Shown in pieces: positions 22,427-35,536 of a stretch of 61,815 nt of DNA. The notes below the pieces were generated by a model that was not told the origin of the DNA, ran no database searches, and worked only from the letters and a program-made list of their open reading frames with translations. The stretch spans positions 1 through 61,815 of the forward strand of contig JAPDFW010000031.1 of the NCBI GenBank assembly GCA_028826165.1. Direction: 5' to 3'. The translations under genes were made by a program, and so were the position numbers. This DNA is from Anaeramoeba ignava BMAN. Taxonomy: Eukaryota; Protista; Anaeramoebae. The stretch's first letter is position 1, and the number at the start of each line of letters is the position of its first letter.

Positions 22427-25352
22427 TTAATTTTTTTGATTTGTTTTGATAAATTTCTCAAAAAATTTCTTTAATTCTGTTAATAATTCAATGGCTTGTT
22501 TACTCTTTTCTTCTTTTGCTAATTGTAATGCTGTTTTTTTCTTATCAGTTAAACATTCCATATATTTTAATTTATTTAAAGCTACTTCTTCACTAATATT
22601 TGAACTCAAAATATCATAAAAAATTAAAAATTGGATTGAATCAATTTCATTGTTTGCAGCTGCATAATGAAGAGCTGTCCAATCTGATGGTCCTTTAATA
22701 GAATCAAGTGGAGAATTTGTTTGTGAATAATATTGTAATGAAGAAAGATGTCCAACAGATGATGCAATACAAACTGATGGATGTTTTGACCATCTTGAGA
22801 AATTTGCATATTTGATTTCATCATTTTTTTTCAAAAATGAATAAAGTCGTGCATCAAAAAATTTCTTTAAACGTTTTGAAAGTTCTTTTTCATCAATTTC
22901 TTGTTTTGTGAAAATTTCATCAATTTTTTTAAAACTTTCTTTATCCATTCTATATCTTCCAATTCCTAAACCTTCTCGTTCTTCTTCTTTCTCTTTCTCT
23001 TCTTCTTTCTCTTTCTCTTTCTCTTTTTTTTTTGTTTTTTCTTCTAATTGTTGTCGAGTTGTCTCAAATACTTTGTTTGTAACATATCCAATTCCAAATC
23101 TTCTTGGATTTGGTGTTCCAGAAAATTCATAATTAGCATATCGGTATTCTTCAACAATATCGCAAAACTTATTCAATAAATTATCCTCTTGATTATCCAA
23201 ATCTTCAATCATTTCAACTCCATAATTCCATATTCTTCTTATATTCTCAGGCGAAACATCATCAAGCATAACCGCATCAATTTCAGGATCAAAAGGAGTA
23301 AATCTGAAATATCGATCACCAATCATATCCCTACAAATCCTATTTGTCAGATTAGCAGTAACTTGATTCTCTTTACAAAGGAAATTTTTGCTTTGTGTTA
23401 AGAATCCAATAACTCCAAGATTAGCTCTCCAATTATAAACAGGAGTTAAATTATCCGTTCCTGTATTTAGTGATAGTAAATAAGTATCATCCAGTGAATA
23501 ATTACTGATATCTCTGCATGTTACCAATGCGGCTGCTGCTGGATTATTGATAATAAATCCTCCATCAACAAAAGTGATTCTTTTTCCATCATTTTTCTCC
23601 AAAGTAAGAGGCGGAAGAATTGGAGCTGCAGCTGAAGTTGCACCTGCGACATGTGCCATTTTAAAACTGGAATCATCAATCAAAGTTAATGAATAATCTT
23701 CGTTTAATCGAAATAATCCACTTTTATATGGATCTGAAATTGGATAATTTGCAAATACACATGGTCCATAATTTTCTGCTGATGTTGTTACCATAATCCC
23801 TCTGTTCTTAATTGTATCTGTGATTGTGCATCCTCCAAATATTTTATCTAATTCTCCATCAATTCCTTTTCTTGTATAAGCTGAATATAATAGAAAATCA
23901 GGTCCATTCATAATTGGATCTAAAATTGTTCTTGAATTTGATGACCATCTTTCAAATAGTTTGTATCTTTGCTCTCCAATATAGATATCTAATATTTCTT
24001 TTAGTGAAAGACTAATAGGTCCTCTTGTTAATGCAAGTGATATTATCCCACCTGTTGATGTTCCAGCATAAAAATCAAAAATATCTTGAATTCTCAAATG
24101 GGTTCTTCTTTCAATTTCTGTTAAAAGAATACAAGGAACAATTCCTTTAGTTCCTCCTCCATCTATAGAAAGTATAAATTTTTTTGAAGGATCCTTTGTT
24201 TGTTTTGTTTTTGGATTGATTTCTGGTTCTTCAATAAATTTGAATTTCTTTTCTTCTTCCTTTTCTTCTTCTTTCTTTTCTTCTTCTTTCTTTTCTGGAA
24301 TTATATATTTCAATACATCTTGAATCATTCCTGCTCTTTCATCTTTTGGATCTAAAAATAATAATGAATTTAATAAATTCACAATTGACTCTTCATAATT
24401 TCCCAAATCAAATTGAATCAATGATTTCCAAATCCAACTATTTGCTTTCATTTCATTTTTTTCTTCTTCTTTTTGTTTGACTTTTTCTTCGTTTTCAATT
24501 TCTTCTTTAACATTCTTAAGTGTTTCTTCAATTATTTTTTTAGTAAATACATCAATATCCTCATCTTTAAATAAATTATCTAATATCCTATAAGATTGTT
24601 GATATCTTTTGTCACCAAGTAATTGTTTAGCTTCAAGTAATAACAAATTTGGGTTTTTCATCATAAACGGTTGAGGATTTCCAGTAAGTGAATTTACTAT
24701 TGGAGGAATTAATCGATCTAATGTTTGGCTTTCAAGAATCTTTTTTTTCTCTTTTTTATCTTTTCCCAATATATCAAGAACAATTAAATCAACCAATCTT
24801 TCATTATCTTTTGATTCTAATATTTCTTTTTCTTGTTTTTCACAATCTTTTCCAAAAAGATCTTCAAGATCTTTAAGTGTAATTTTAGCTTCTAATTTAT
24901 CATCTTCATTTTCTTCTTTTTTTTCAATAATTTTAGGTTTCACAATATTGAAAAAATGATTCTGAGTAAATTCACTAACATTTTTGAAATTTTGTAAAAC
25001 ATTTTTATTGGCTAAATCTTTTTCTAAAAATGTTTTGGATTCTTCTTTTTGTTTTAATTTAACAATAAAATTTTTTGATTGTTTTGTAAATTTCAATTTT
25101 AATTTGTTTAATTCTTTGTTTTGCCATTCTCCAACTATTTTTCCTTTCATTATTTTTAATTGTAAAATTTTGATTTTGATTTTGATTTTGATTTTCATTT
25201 GTTTGATTTTCTTTTTGATTTTCTTTTTGTTTATCAAAAATTTTTTGCATTAATGATTTAAATTGAAGATCTTCTTTAAGTTTTTCAGTTAATTTCAAAA
25301 AAGAATTGTTCTTAATTTCTTCTTTGTTATTATTATTATTTTCTTGTTTCAT
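22427..25352 (-). CDS. Patatin-like phospholipase with TPR-like region and C-terminal ankyrin repeats; +1 frameshift at ~25145
   Basis: ILSIDGGGTKG, AGTSTGG and FVDGG catalytic motifs; WTALHYAAANN and KTALQLA ankyrin motifs. The likely start is the ATG at 25352 (ORF 25059..25352). Confidence 0.88.
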
Positions 25353-25465
25353 TTCCTTGTTTTTCTTTTTAATAAAATAGTATTAAATTTTTATTAAAAT
25401 TTAAAAGTAAAAAAATGAAACAAATTTTTTTTTCATTTTTTTTTGCTTTTTTTTTTCATAATAAA

Positions 25466-26237
25466 ATGATTCAGTTTTATTCTCTTTATTTTATTTTATT
25501 TTTTTTACTTTTTCTTTTATTAATAAAATCTTCACCAATTAATGAAGATGATTGGGAAATTGAATATACAGGATATGGTTCAAGTAAAATAATAATTTTT
25601 AATTTTAAATTTTAATTTTAATTTTTTAATTTTAATTTTAATTTTTTAAAAAGTTACTTTTGATCAAGGAAAAGTAACTTTAATTCCTCAAGCTTCAATA
25701 TCATCAGGAGAAACACATGCAGGATTAGTATTATCAAAACAAACATGGGCAGAATTTAAAGTAACTGTTATAGCTAAAACAAATTCTCAATTAAGAACAC
25801 CAACTCCAAATTCATGGGAAGTTTTTTGGTTATTTTTTAATTATAAAAGAATTGGAAATGAAAAAGAAACAAATTATTTCATTTTAAAAACAAATGGAAT
25901 TGAATTAGGAACTGCTTCAGAAACTGTTGCTCAAAATTTTTTGGAAACTGATTCAACTCCAACTATTAATTTAGGTCAAAATTATCAATATACTGTTGAA
26001 ATGAAAAATGGTTTATTAAATATTTGGATTGATTCTAATTTAGTTATTCAAGATTATGATTTTATTCAATCTAATCCTGATAAAAATCTTTATACTTTTA
26101 AAGGAATGATTGGTTTATATACAGAAGATGCTTCAGTTACAATTTCTGATTTTAATATTGAAAGTTATGATACTTCTTCTTCTTTTATTTTTACTTTTTC
26201 TTTTTCATTTTTATTTTTATTATTTTTATTATTTTAA
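25466..26237 (+). CDS. Secreted, GPI- or TM-anchored ConA-like beta-sandwich protein of bacterial type; join(25466..25583,25654..26237)
   Basis: Hydrophobic signal peptide MIQFYSLYFILFFLLFLLLIKS; 70-nt GT-AG intron restores frame; core THAGLVLS..QLRTPTPNSWEVFWLFFNY..YFILKTNGIELG..GMIGLYTEDASV; hydrophobic C-terminus. Confidence 0.8.
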
Positions 26238-26377
26238 AAAATTAAAAACAAATTATTTTCTTTCTTTTTTTTATTTCAATTTCATTATTAAAAGTAAAAT
26301 TAAAATAAAAAGTAATTAAAAAAAAAATATAAATTGATTTTGGAAATTTTTTTTAAATTAAAATTTCAATTTCAATT

Positions 26378-26689
26378 TTAAACTCCATAACCATAAACTG
26401 TTTTTCTTTGTCTTCTTAATGCATAAACAATATCAATTGTTGTAACAGTTTTTCTTTTTGAATGTTCTGTATAAGTAACTGCATCTCTAACAACTGATTC
26501 AAGAAATGATTTTAATATTTTTCTTGTATCATCATAAACTTGACTTGAAATTCTTTTAACTCCTGCTCTTCTTGCAAGTCTTCTAATTGCTGGTCTTGAA
26601 ACTCCTTTTGCAATTTCTTTCATTGATTCTTTTCTTTTTTTTCCTCCTTTTCCCATTCCTTTTCCTCTTCCTTTTCCTTTTCCTGACAT
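26378..26689 (-). CDS. H4: Histone H4, divergent
   Basis: [35 protein letters not shown]; 103 aa. Confidence 0.97.
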   Translation of the reverse strand: MSGKGKGRGKGMGKGGKKRKESMKEIAKGVSRPAIRRLARRAGVKRISSQVYDDTRKILKSFLESVVRDAVTYTEHSKRKTVTTIDIVYALRRQRKTVYGYGV

Positions 26690-26769
26690 TTTTTAAATTA
26701 AATTAATTAAAAAATAATTAATAAAAAAATATTTTAAAAAAATAAAAAAATGAAAAAATGAAAAATAAA

Positions 26770-26900
26770 AAAAATATTTTTTCTTTTTATAATTTTTTTT
26801 AATCAAATATTATCCAATAATTTTTTATTTTTTATTTTTTAAAATTCAAAATTTATTGGATAATATTGTTTCGATTTTTTTAAAAGAAAAATATTTTTAT
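26770..26900. promoter_or_regulatory. Inverted pair of CCAAT boxes upstream of H4
   Basis: aatattatccaataa (26806-26820) and its exact reverse complement ttattggataatatt (26853-26867), with weaker outer arms. Confidence 0.6.
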
Positions 26901-26914
26901 TTTTATTTTTAATT

Positions 26915-29165
26915 ACTTTAATAAACAATTTTACATAAATCTTTTTTAAAATTAAAATATAAAATAATATTTAAATTAATATATAAATTAAAATTATTTA
27001 AAATAATTAATATAATTTTAATTCCCAAAAAAAAGTGGAATAAAATATATAATAAATAATAAATAATAAATTATAAATAATTTTACATAAATCTTTTTAA
27101 AAATTAAAATCTAAAATAATATTTAAATTAATATATAAATTAAAATTATTTAAAATAATTAATATAATTTTAATTCCCAAAAAAAAGTGGAATAAAATAA
27201 AATAAAATAATAAATAATAAATAATAAATAATAAATAATTTTAAATAAATCTTTTTAAAATTAAAATCTAAAATAATATTTAAATTAATATATAAATTAA
27301 AACTATTTAAAATAATAAATATAATTTTAATTCCAAAAAAAAGTGGAATAAAATAAAAATAAATAATAAATAATAAATAATAAATAATTTTAAATAAATC
27401 TTTTTAAAATTAAAATATAAAATAATATTTAAATTAATATATAAATTAAAATTATTTAAAATAATTAATATAATTTTAATTCCTAAAAAAAAGTGGAATA
27501 AAATAAAATAATAAATAATAAATAATAAACAATTTAAAATAAATCTTTTTAAAATTAAAATCTAAAATAATATTTAAATTAATATATAAATCAAAACTAT
27601 TTAAAATAATAAATATAATTTTAATTCCAAAAAAAAAGTGGAATAAAATAAAATTATAAAAATAAATAATAAATAATAAATAATTTTACATAAATCTTTT
27701 TAAAATTAAAATCTAAAATAATATTTAAATTAATATATAAATTAAAACTATTTAAAATAATTAATATAATTTTAATTCCAAAAAAAAAGTGGAATAAAAT
27801 AAAAATAAAATAATAAATAATAAATAATAAATAATTTTACATAAATCTTTTTAAAATTAAAATCTAAAATAATATTTAAATTAATATATAAATTAAAACT
27901 ATTTAAAATAATTAATATAATTTTAATTCCTAAAAAAAAGTGGAATAAAATAAAATAATAAATAATAAATAATAAATAATTTAAAATAAATCTTTTTAAA
28001 ATTAAAATCTAAAATAATATTTAAATTAATATATAAATTAAAACTATTTAAAATAATTAATATAATTTTAATTCCAAAAAAAAGTGGAATAAAATAAAAT
28101 AATAAATAATAAATAATAAATAATAAATAATTTTACATAAATCTTTTTAAAATTAAAATATAAAATAATATTTAAATTAATATATAAATCAAAATTATTT
28201 AAAATAATAAATATAATTTTAATTCCAAAAAAAAGTGGAATAAAATAAAATAATAAAATAAATAATAAATAATAAACAATTTTAATAAATCTTTTTAAAA
28301 TTAAAATCTAAAATAATATTTAAATTAATATATAAATTAAAACTATTTAAAATAATAAATATAATTTTAATTCCAAAAAAAAAGTGGAATAAAATAAAAT
28401 AATAAATAAATAATAAAATATAAACAATTTTAAATAAATCTGTTTTAAAATTAAAATCTAAAATAATATTTAAATTAATATATAAATCAAAACTATTTAA
28501 AATATTTAATATAATTTTAATTCCAAAAAGTGGAATAAAATAAAAATAAAATAAATAATAAATAATAAATAATAAATAATTTTAAATAAATATTTTTTAA
28601 AATTAAAATCTAAAATAATATTTAAATTAATATATAAATTAAAATTATTTAAAATAATTAATATAATTTTAATTCCAAAAAAAAGTGGAATAAAATAAAA
28701 TAAAAATAAATAATAAAATATAAACAATTTTAAATAAATCTTTTTAAAATTAAAATATAAAAATATTTAAATTAAAATATAAATCAAAATTATTTAAAAT
28801 AATTAATATAATTTTAATTCCAAAAAGTGGAATAAAATAAAATAATAAATAATAAATAATAAATAATAAACAATTTTAATAAATCTTTTTAAAATTAAAA
28901 TCTAAAATAATATTTAAATTAATATATAAATTAAAACTATTTAAAATAATTAATATAATTTTAATTCCAAAAAAAAAGTGGAATAAAATAAAATAATAAA
29001 TAATAAATAATAAATAATAAATAATAAATTATAAATAATTTTAAATAAATCTTTTTTAAAATTAAAATAAAATAAAATAAAATAATAAATAATAAATAAT
29101 AAATATAATTTTAAATAAATCTTTTTTAAAATTTAAAATAAAATGATGTAAAAAAAGTGGAATAA
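26915..29165. repeat. Tandem repeat family C, ~150 bp (142-156) unit x~15, each with an ATTCC-A(n)GT-GGAAT mini-hairpin
   Basis: gtggaat at 27035, 27187, 27343, 27493, 27638, 27789, 27940, 28084, 28235, 28384, 28530, 28685, 28827 and 28978. Confidence 0.95.
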
Positions 29166-29297
29166 TAATAATAATAAAATAGATTTATTTTTAATTTTTC
29201 TTTTTGTTTTGTTTTAATTTTTCTTTTTGTTTTGTTTTTAAAAAAAAAAAACACATTTATAAAAAAAATTTGTTGTTTTCTTTTCATTTCTTTTAAA

Positions 29298-32200
29298 TCA
29301 TTTCATACTTTTATGTAAAGAAAGTGACAAATTACATTTTTCTGAAGCTTTTCTTAAATCTTTTAAAGCTGAAAACATTAATGAATTTTTATGTGAAATT
29401 TCTTTTGAAAGTTTTCCAAGTTCTTTTTTATGTAATTTGTCTAAAAAATTTTCTAAAAATGGATTTCTTTGATGTTTTAAAGAAGAAATTAATTTTTGAT
29501 TTAAATTTGAATTTAAATTTTGATTTTGATTTAAATTTTGATTTTGATTTGAATTTAAATTTTGATTTTGATTTGAATTTTGATTTAAATTTTGATTTTG
29601 ATTTAAATTTTGATTTTGATTTGAATTTTGATTTTGATTTTGATTTAAATTTTGATTTTTATTTTGATTTGAATTTTGATTTTGATTTTGATTTGAATTT
29701 GTATTTTCTTCTAAATTTAATGATTTATGAAGTATATTAAATTGTTCTGTTCTTTCTTCTTCAATCCTTTTTAATTTATATTCTAATTTCTTGTTAATTC
29801 GAATAAATTCTTTTAATTTTGCAAGAATATATTGAAAATTTGGATCATCCTTCTTAATTTCATTTTCAAAATCAAATTTTTGTTCAATTATATTTTTTAA
29901 GGTTAAATATTCATCTTCTTTTTGTTTCATTTCTTCTTTTAATATATAAATTTCTCTGAGTAATTTTTGAATTCTTTGTCTCATTTCTTCATTTTCATTT
30001 TTAATTGTTTGGTTTTCTTTTTTTAATATTTTATTTTCATTTTCATATTCATTTTGTAAAGAAGGTTTTGTGATAATTTGACTTCTTGATAAATAATTTG
30101 ATTGATTTGCTGTATTATCAAATCTTCCAGAATTAGATTTAAGTTTGAAATTTAGACTATCTGCAAATTGACTATTATTTCTTTTTCTAAAATCAAAATA
30201 ACTTCTTGAACTTCTTTTCAAAAAATGAGGATATTCAATTTCTATTGGTTTTTCAATTCCATATTTGGGAATAACTCTTATTGAACTTCTGAATAAATCA
30301 TCAACATCATCATTATCATCATCAATATAATTATAATTATCTAAATCTTTTGCTTCATTTAATTCTCTTTTAGTTTGGTTTCTCATATTTTCAAGATGTT
30401 TAATTTGTTGATCAATTTCATTTTTCAATAATTTATTAGTTTCTAAAAGTTCAATCATTTTATCAATATCTCTTTCTAATTCTTCTTTCATATTTTGAAT
30501 TGCTTGAACCATTTCTTGATCATTTTCTCCACCAGAATTTAGTTTACGAATTAATATACTTTGAGCTGTTGGTTTTAATAATGATTTTTGTTGATCAAAA
30601 CCAAATTCTTCATTTTCAATTTTTTGTTGTTTAAGTTTTAATAATTTATCTTTGAGATGATCTTCTTGTTGAGAATCTTGTTCAGTTTGTGTATATTTTG
30701 ATTCTTTCTCTTTTAATTTTTCCAAATCTTTGGATAATTTTGAATTTGCATTTTTCAATTCTTCATCTTTTTGTAAAAGTTCTTTTTCAAGCATTTCCTT
30801 TTCTTCAATCATTTGTTGTAAGAAATCTTCATCAATTTCTTCTTGATTAAGCATTTCAAGTTCTTCTCTTTTTCTTTCAATTTCTTTTTCCAATTCTTCA
30901 TTAACTTCTGCTTTTTCAAGTATTTCTTGTTTAATTTTGTTAATTTCTTTTTGCAATTCCAATAATTTCAGTTTTTTACTTTCAATTTTTCCTTTTTTGT
31001 TTTCCATTTCTAATTCTTTGGATTTGATTTGCTCATCTAATTGTTTTAGTTTTTCTTTTTTACTTTTAATTATTTCCAATAAATCTCCAAATTCTTCAAG
31101 TTTTTGTTGTTCTTCATTTTCATTTTCATTTCCATCTTTTGGAACTTTTTCTTTTTGCATTTTTTCTAATTCTTCATTTTTAATTTCCATTTCTTCTTTT
31201 AATCTCCCGTTTTCAATTTTCAATTTTTTAAATTCATCATTTAATTTATCCAATTCTTTTTGTAATTCTCCCTTTTCATTAACAAGTTTTTGTAGATTTT
31301 CTTTTTGTTCTTCTTTTAATTTTTTGTTTTCATTTTGTAATTCTGAGATTGAATTTAAAAATTGCTCTTTTTGTTTCTGAATTTGTAATTTTTCTTCTTC
31401 AGAAGTTAAGGGTTTATTCATACTATTTTCTTGTAAATCACGAATTTGTTCTTCATAATTTTTGATTTTCATTTCAAGTTGGCTAATAATAGATTGATCT
31501 GTTTGTATTTCTTGTTCAACCATAACCTTTTCTTGATTGTTATTATTGTTGTTATTGTTTTTTTGTTGAATCATCATTGCCTTTTCATATTCACTTTGTT
31601 CAAGTTGTGATTGTTGTTGAATAATTGCATCTTTCATTTTATCAAGGAAATCTATTGATGGAATATTTTCAAATTCAGCAAATTCAGGATCAACAACTTT
31701 CAATTCTATTATTGCATTCTTTTTTTTGGAATCCAATTCCATTTTCTCTTGTTTTAAATTATGTATTCGTGTTTCCATTTCTTGATTTTGACGATTTAAT
31801 AAAATTAATTGGTTTCTCATTTCCTCATTTTCTTTTTCTTGTTGAGAACTAAAAAATTCTTCTGTATTTGTTGATTGATCAATCATTACAACTGTTGGTT
31901 TTTCAAGACTTTGTGATCTAAAATGAGCAATTGATTCTTGGAGTATTTCTCCTCCAAACCCTGTTTCAATTAAATCTTCTTGTTGTTCTGTTAATTCGTT
32001 AATTTCTTGTCTTTGTTTTTCAATGATACTATCTTTTTCCCTTAATAAACTTGTTAATTGATTTAATTTCTGTTCAATCATTCTTGATTTTACTGGATTT
32101 TCTGTGATTGTTTCTTTTCCGTCTAATGGCAAACTATCCTCCTTTTCTGTTAATTCTTCATTAAATTCCTCTTTGATTTTCTTGTATTTTTCTTCTTCTT

Positions 32201-34941
32201 GAATAATTTGTGATTGTGTAAATTGTTTTTCTTTTTGGAGTTGTTGAATTTGTTCTTGTGTTTTTTGTCCAAATGTTGTGATTCTATTCAATTCTGTTTC
32301 AAGTGATTCAAGAATTTTTTGAGGTTTTTCTTTTTCGAATTTCTGAAGTTGTTTATTATCGATAACATTAGATAAAATTGGTTTAATAATTTGGAAATCA
32401 TCCTGATTAATTTGAGCAATAGGAGTTTTTATTTTTTTATTTTCTTGTTCAAGTTCTGCATAATATTTATCTAATCTTTCTTTTTTATTATTAATATTTT
32501 GCAGTTCTTCTTCTATTGCTTGCATTTCTTTTTTCAATTTGATTTTTTCAGTAGATAAAAGAGGATTTCCTTTTTCCAAAATTGAATTATTTGATTTCAT
32601 ATCAGAATATAATTTCTTTTTTTCTTCAAGAATTTCCTTAAGCTTATTAGTATTTTTTTCATTTTCCAATCTAGCAAGTTGAATATTTTCCATTTCTTGA
32701 ATTTTGGGTTGTGATTCTGTGTCTTTTATATAATCAGCTGTTTGTTTTTCCATAATATTTTTCATTACAATAACTCCTTTTTCTAATTCTCTTTTTTTAA
32801 ATTCCAATTCATTTTGTTTTGCTTTAAGATGATATATTTCTTGTTCTTTTTCATTTGAAATGTTTTCAAAATGTTTTCTTTGATTATCAAATTTTTCAAT
32901 ATTTTCAATAAATTCAAGAGATTTTTTTGCTCTTGGTTTTTTATAATCCACATTATCTTGTTGTAAAGGAATTTGATTAAAAACAATAGAAGGACCCTAA
33001 TTTATTTTAATTTTAATTTTAATTTTAATTTTAATTTTAATTTTAATTTTAATTTTAATTTTAATTTTAATTTTAATTTTAAATTTAATTTTAATTTTAA
33101 TTTTATTTTAATTTTAATTTAAATTTTAATTTTAATTTTAATTTTAATTTTAATTTGATTTTAATTTTAATTTTAATTTAATTTAAATTTAATTTAATTT
33201 AATTTTGATTTAATTTTAATTTTAATTTAATTTAATTTAAATTAAATTTAATTTTAATTTTAATTTTAAATTTAATTTAATTTAATTTAATTTTGATTTT
33301 AATTTTAATTTAATTTTAATTTTAAATTTAATTTAATTTAATTTAATTTTGATTTTAATTTTAATTTAATTTTAATTTTAATTTTAATTTTAATTTTAAT
33401 TTTAATTTTAATTTAATTTTAATTTTAATTTTAATTTTAATTTTAAATTTAAATTTTAATTTTAATTTTAATTTTAATTTAAATTTTAATTTTAATTTTA
33501 ATTTTTGGATTCATTTTCTTTTTTTAGATTTTCTACATCAGAAGTTTGTTTCCAAGTAAAAGCTCCACCAAATTCATTCCAATCTCCTTGAAATGATTGA
33601 TCAATTTTATAAAATGCTAATTCTTGTTGAACTGAATAAAGAAGTTCACATGTATTTGTTAATTCTTTTGTTTTTTTTACAAGTAATCCTGATTTAGTTC
33701 TTAATTGTTCTTTAACAAGATTATTTTCATGTGATAATTTATTATTTTCAGAAATTATTTTTGATAATTCTTCTTCTTGATCTTCAAATTTTTCTGATAA
33801 TTCATCATATTGTTTTTTGAGTTTAGAATATTTTTGATTTAAATTTTTTAAATCTTCTTCAAGTTTGTTTAATTCTTGTCTTCTAAATCTTTGATTTGCA
33901 TGTTCTCTCATTTCATCAGAAACAGGAATTTCATTATATTTTTTTAAATTAGGTAAATAAAATATGACAAAATCTTGACAATGATCAAGTTCTGAAATTG
34001 GATTATTTTGAATTGATAAAATGGATAAATTTGAAATTTCTTTTAAATGAATGATATCTCTCAACTAAAATCAAATCAAATTAAAATTATTTAAAATATT
34101 TAAAATTATTAAAATATTAAAATATTTTTTAAAATACATTTGTAAGGTTATTATTATTAAGTTTTAATTCTGTTAAATTGGATAATTTTTTAATTGAAGG
34201 TGTTATTCTTGTTATTTTATTTCCTGATAAATTTAAAACTTCAAGATGAATTAAATGATCTATTCCTTGAATTATTGAAATTTCATTATCACTTAAATCA
34301 AGAACCTTTAATTGAATTAAATTCTTTAATCCATAAATCTTTTCAATAGAATTTCCATTTAAATTTAATTCTTTTAAATTTTTTAAACCATCAAGTTTTT
34401 CAATATACTTTTTAAATTATAAAAAAATTTTAATTTTAATTTTAATTTTAATTTTAATTTTAATTTTAATTTTAATTTTAATTTTAAAATTTACATGAAT
34501 TGAACCTTCTTCTTTCTTATTTAAATGTAAATTTAATTCTATTATATCTAATAAATTCTCTTTCTTTGATTTCTTCTTAATTAATTCTTCTGTAATATAA
34601 CAAGGAAAATATTGAACTCCATTTCTTTTTTTTTAAAAAATTAATAAAATTAAAAGAAGAAAAATTTTTTTTTAATTTAAATTTTTTAATTTAAATTTTT
34701 TTTTTTACGGTGTTTTGTTATTTAATGTTGATATTCTTTTTCTTGCACTTTTTTTTCGATTTGATAAAATATCGTTATTATTATTATTATCGTTATTATT
34801 ATTGTTATTTTTATTATTATTATTTTTGATATTTTTGTTTGGATTTTGATTTTTATTATTTTTTTTAATTAATTTATTTGTTTTTCTTTTTGGTTTTATT
34901 TCTCTTTTTGTTAAATCCATTGATTTTGAATTTTGTGACAT
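29298..34941 (-). CDS. CNTRL: Centriolin (CEP110/Nud1/Cdc11-like LRR + coiled-coil), ~1619 aa; join(34941..34709,34624..34495,34407..34138,34064..33537,32996..29298)
   Basis: Spliced product has YITEELIKK..LNL..YIEKL, LRRs, and KTKELTNTC..YSVQQELAFYKID, which recalls human centriolin (ELEQELAFYKID). All introns are GT-AG and phase-consistent. Confidence 0.88.
33001..33500. repeat. (AATTTT)n microsatellite filling centriolin intron 4
   Basis: Directly visible. Confidence 0.95.
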
Positions 34942-35039
34942 GAAAGCGTTATTTTATTTTAAAATAAAAAAATTTAAAAAAAAATGAAAAAAAATGAAAA
35001 AAAAAATGAAAAAAAAATTTTTTCAATTTACGAAATCAA

Positions 35040-35420
35040 CAAAAATTTAATCAAATCAATTCCACTTTTTTATTTCATTTCATTTTTAAATCAATTCCAA
35101 AATAAAATTTAATTCAATTCAATTCCACTTTTTTATTTCATTTCATTTTTAAATCAATTTCAAAATAAAATCAAATCAATTCAATTCCACTTTTTTATTT
35201 CATTTCATTTTTAAATCAATTTCAAAATAAAAATTTAATCAAATCAATTCCACTTTTTTATTTCATTTCATTTTTAAATCAATTTCAAAATAAAATTTAA
35301 TCAATTCAAATCAAAAATCAAATCAAATTAATTCAATTCCACTTTTTTCTTTTTTATTTTTAAATTAATTCCAAAATCAAATCAAATTAATTCAATTCCA
35401 CTTTTTTATTTCATTTTATT
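35040..35420. repeat. ~63 bp tandem repeat x6 containing ATTCCACTTTTT
   Basis: aattccactttttt at about 35058, 35121, 35183, 35246, 35336 and 35394. Confidence 0.85.
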
Positions 35421-35536
35421 TATTTTTATTTTTATTTCATTTTATTTTTATTTTTATTTTTATTTTATTCTTATTTTTTATTTCATTTTATTTATTTTTT
35501 ATTTCATTTTATTTATTTTTAATTTCATTTTTAATT

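Noticed and set aside
26915-29165. CRISPR-like array (regular hairpin motif with intervening sequence)
   Set aside because: The intervening sequences are near-identical rather than unique spacers, there are no cas genes, and the context is eukaryotic.
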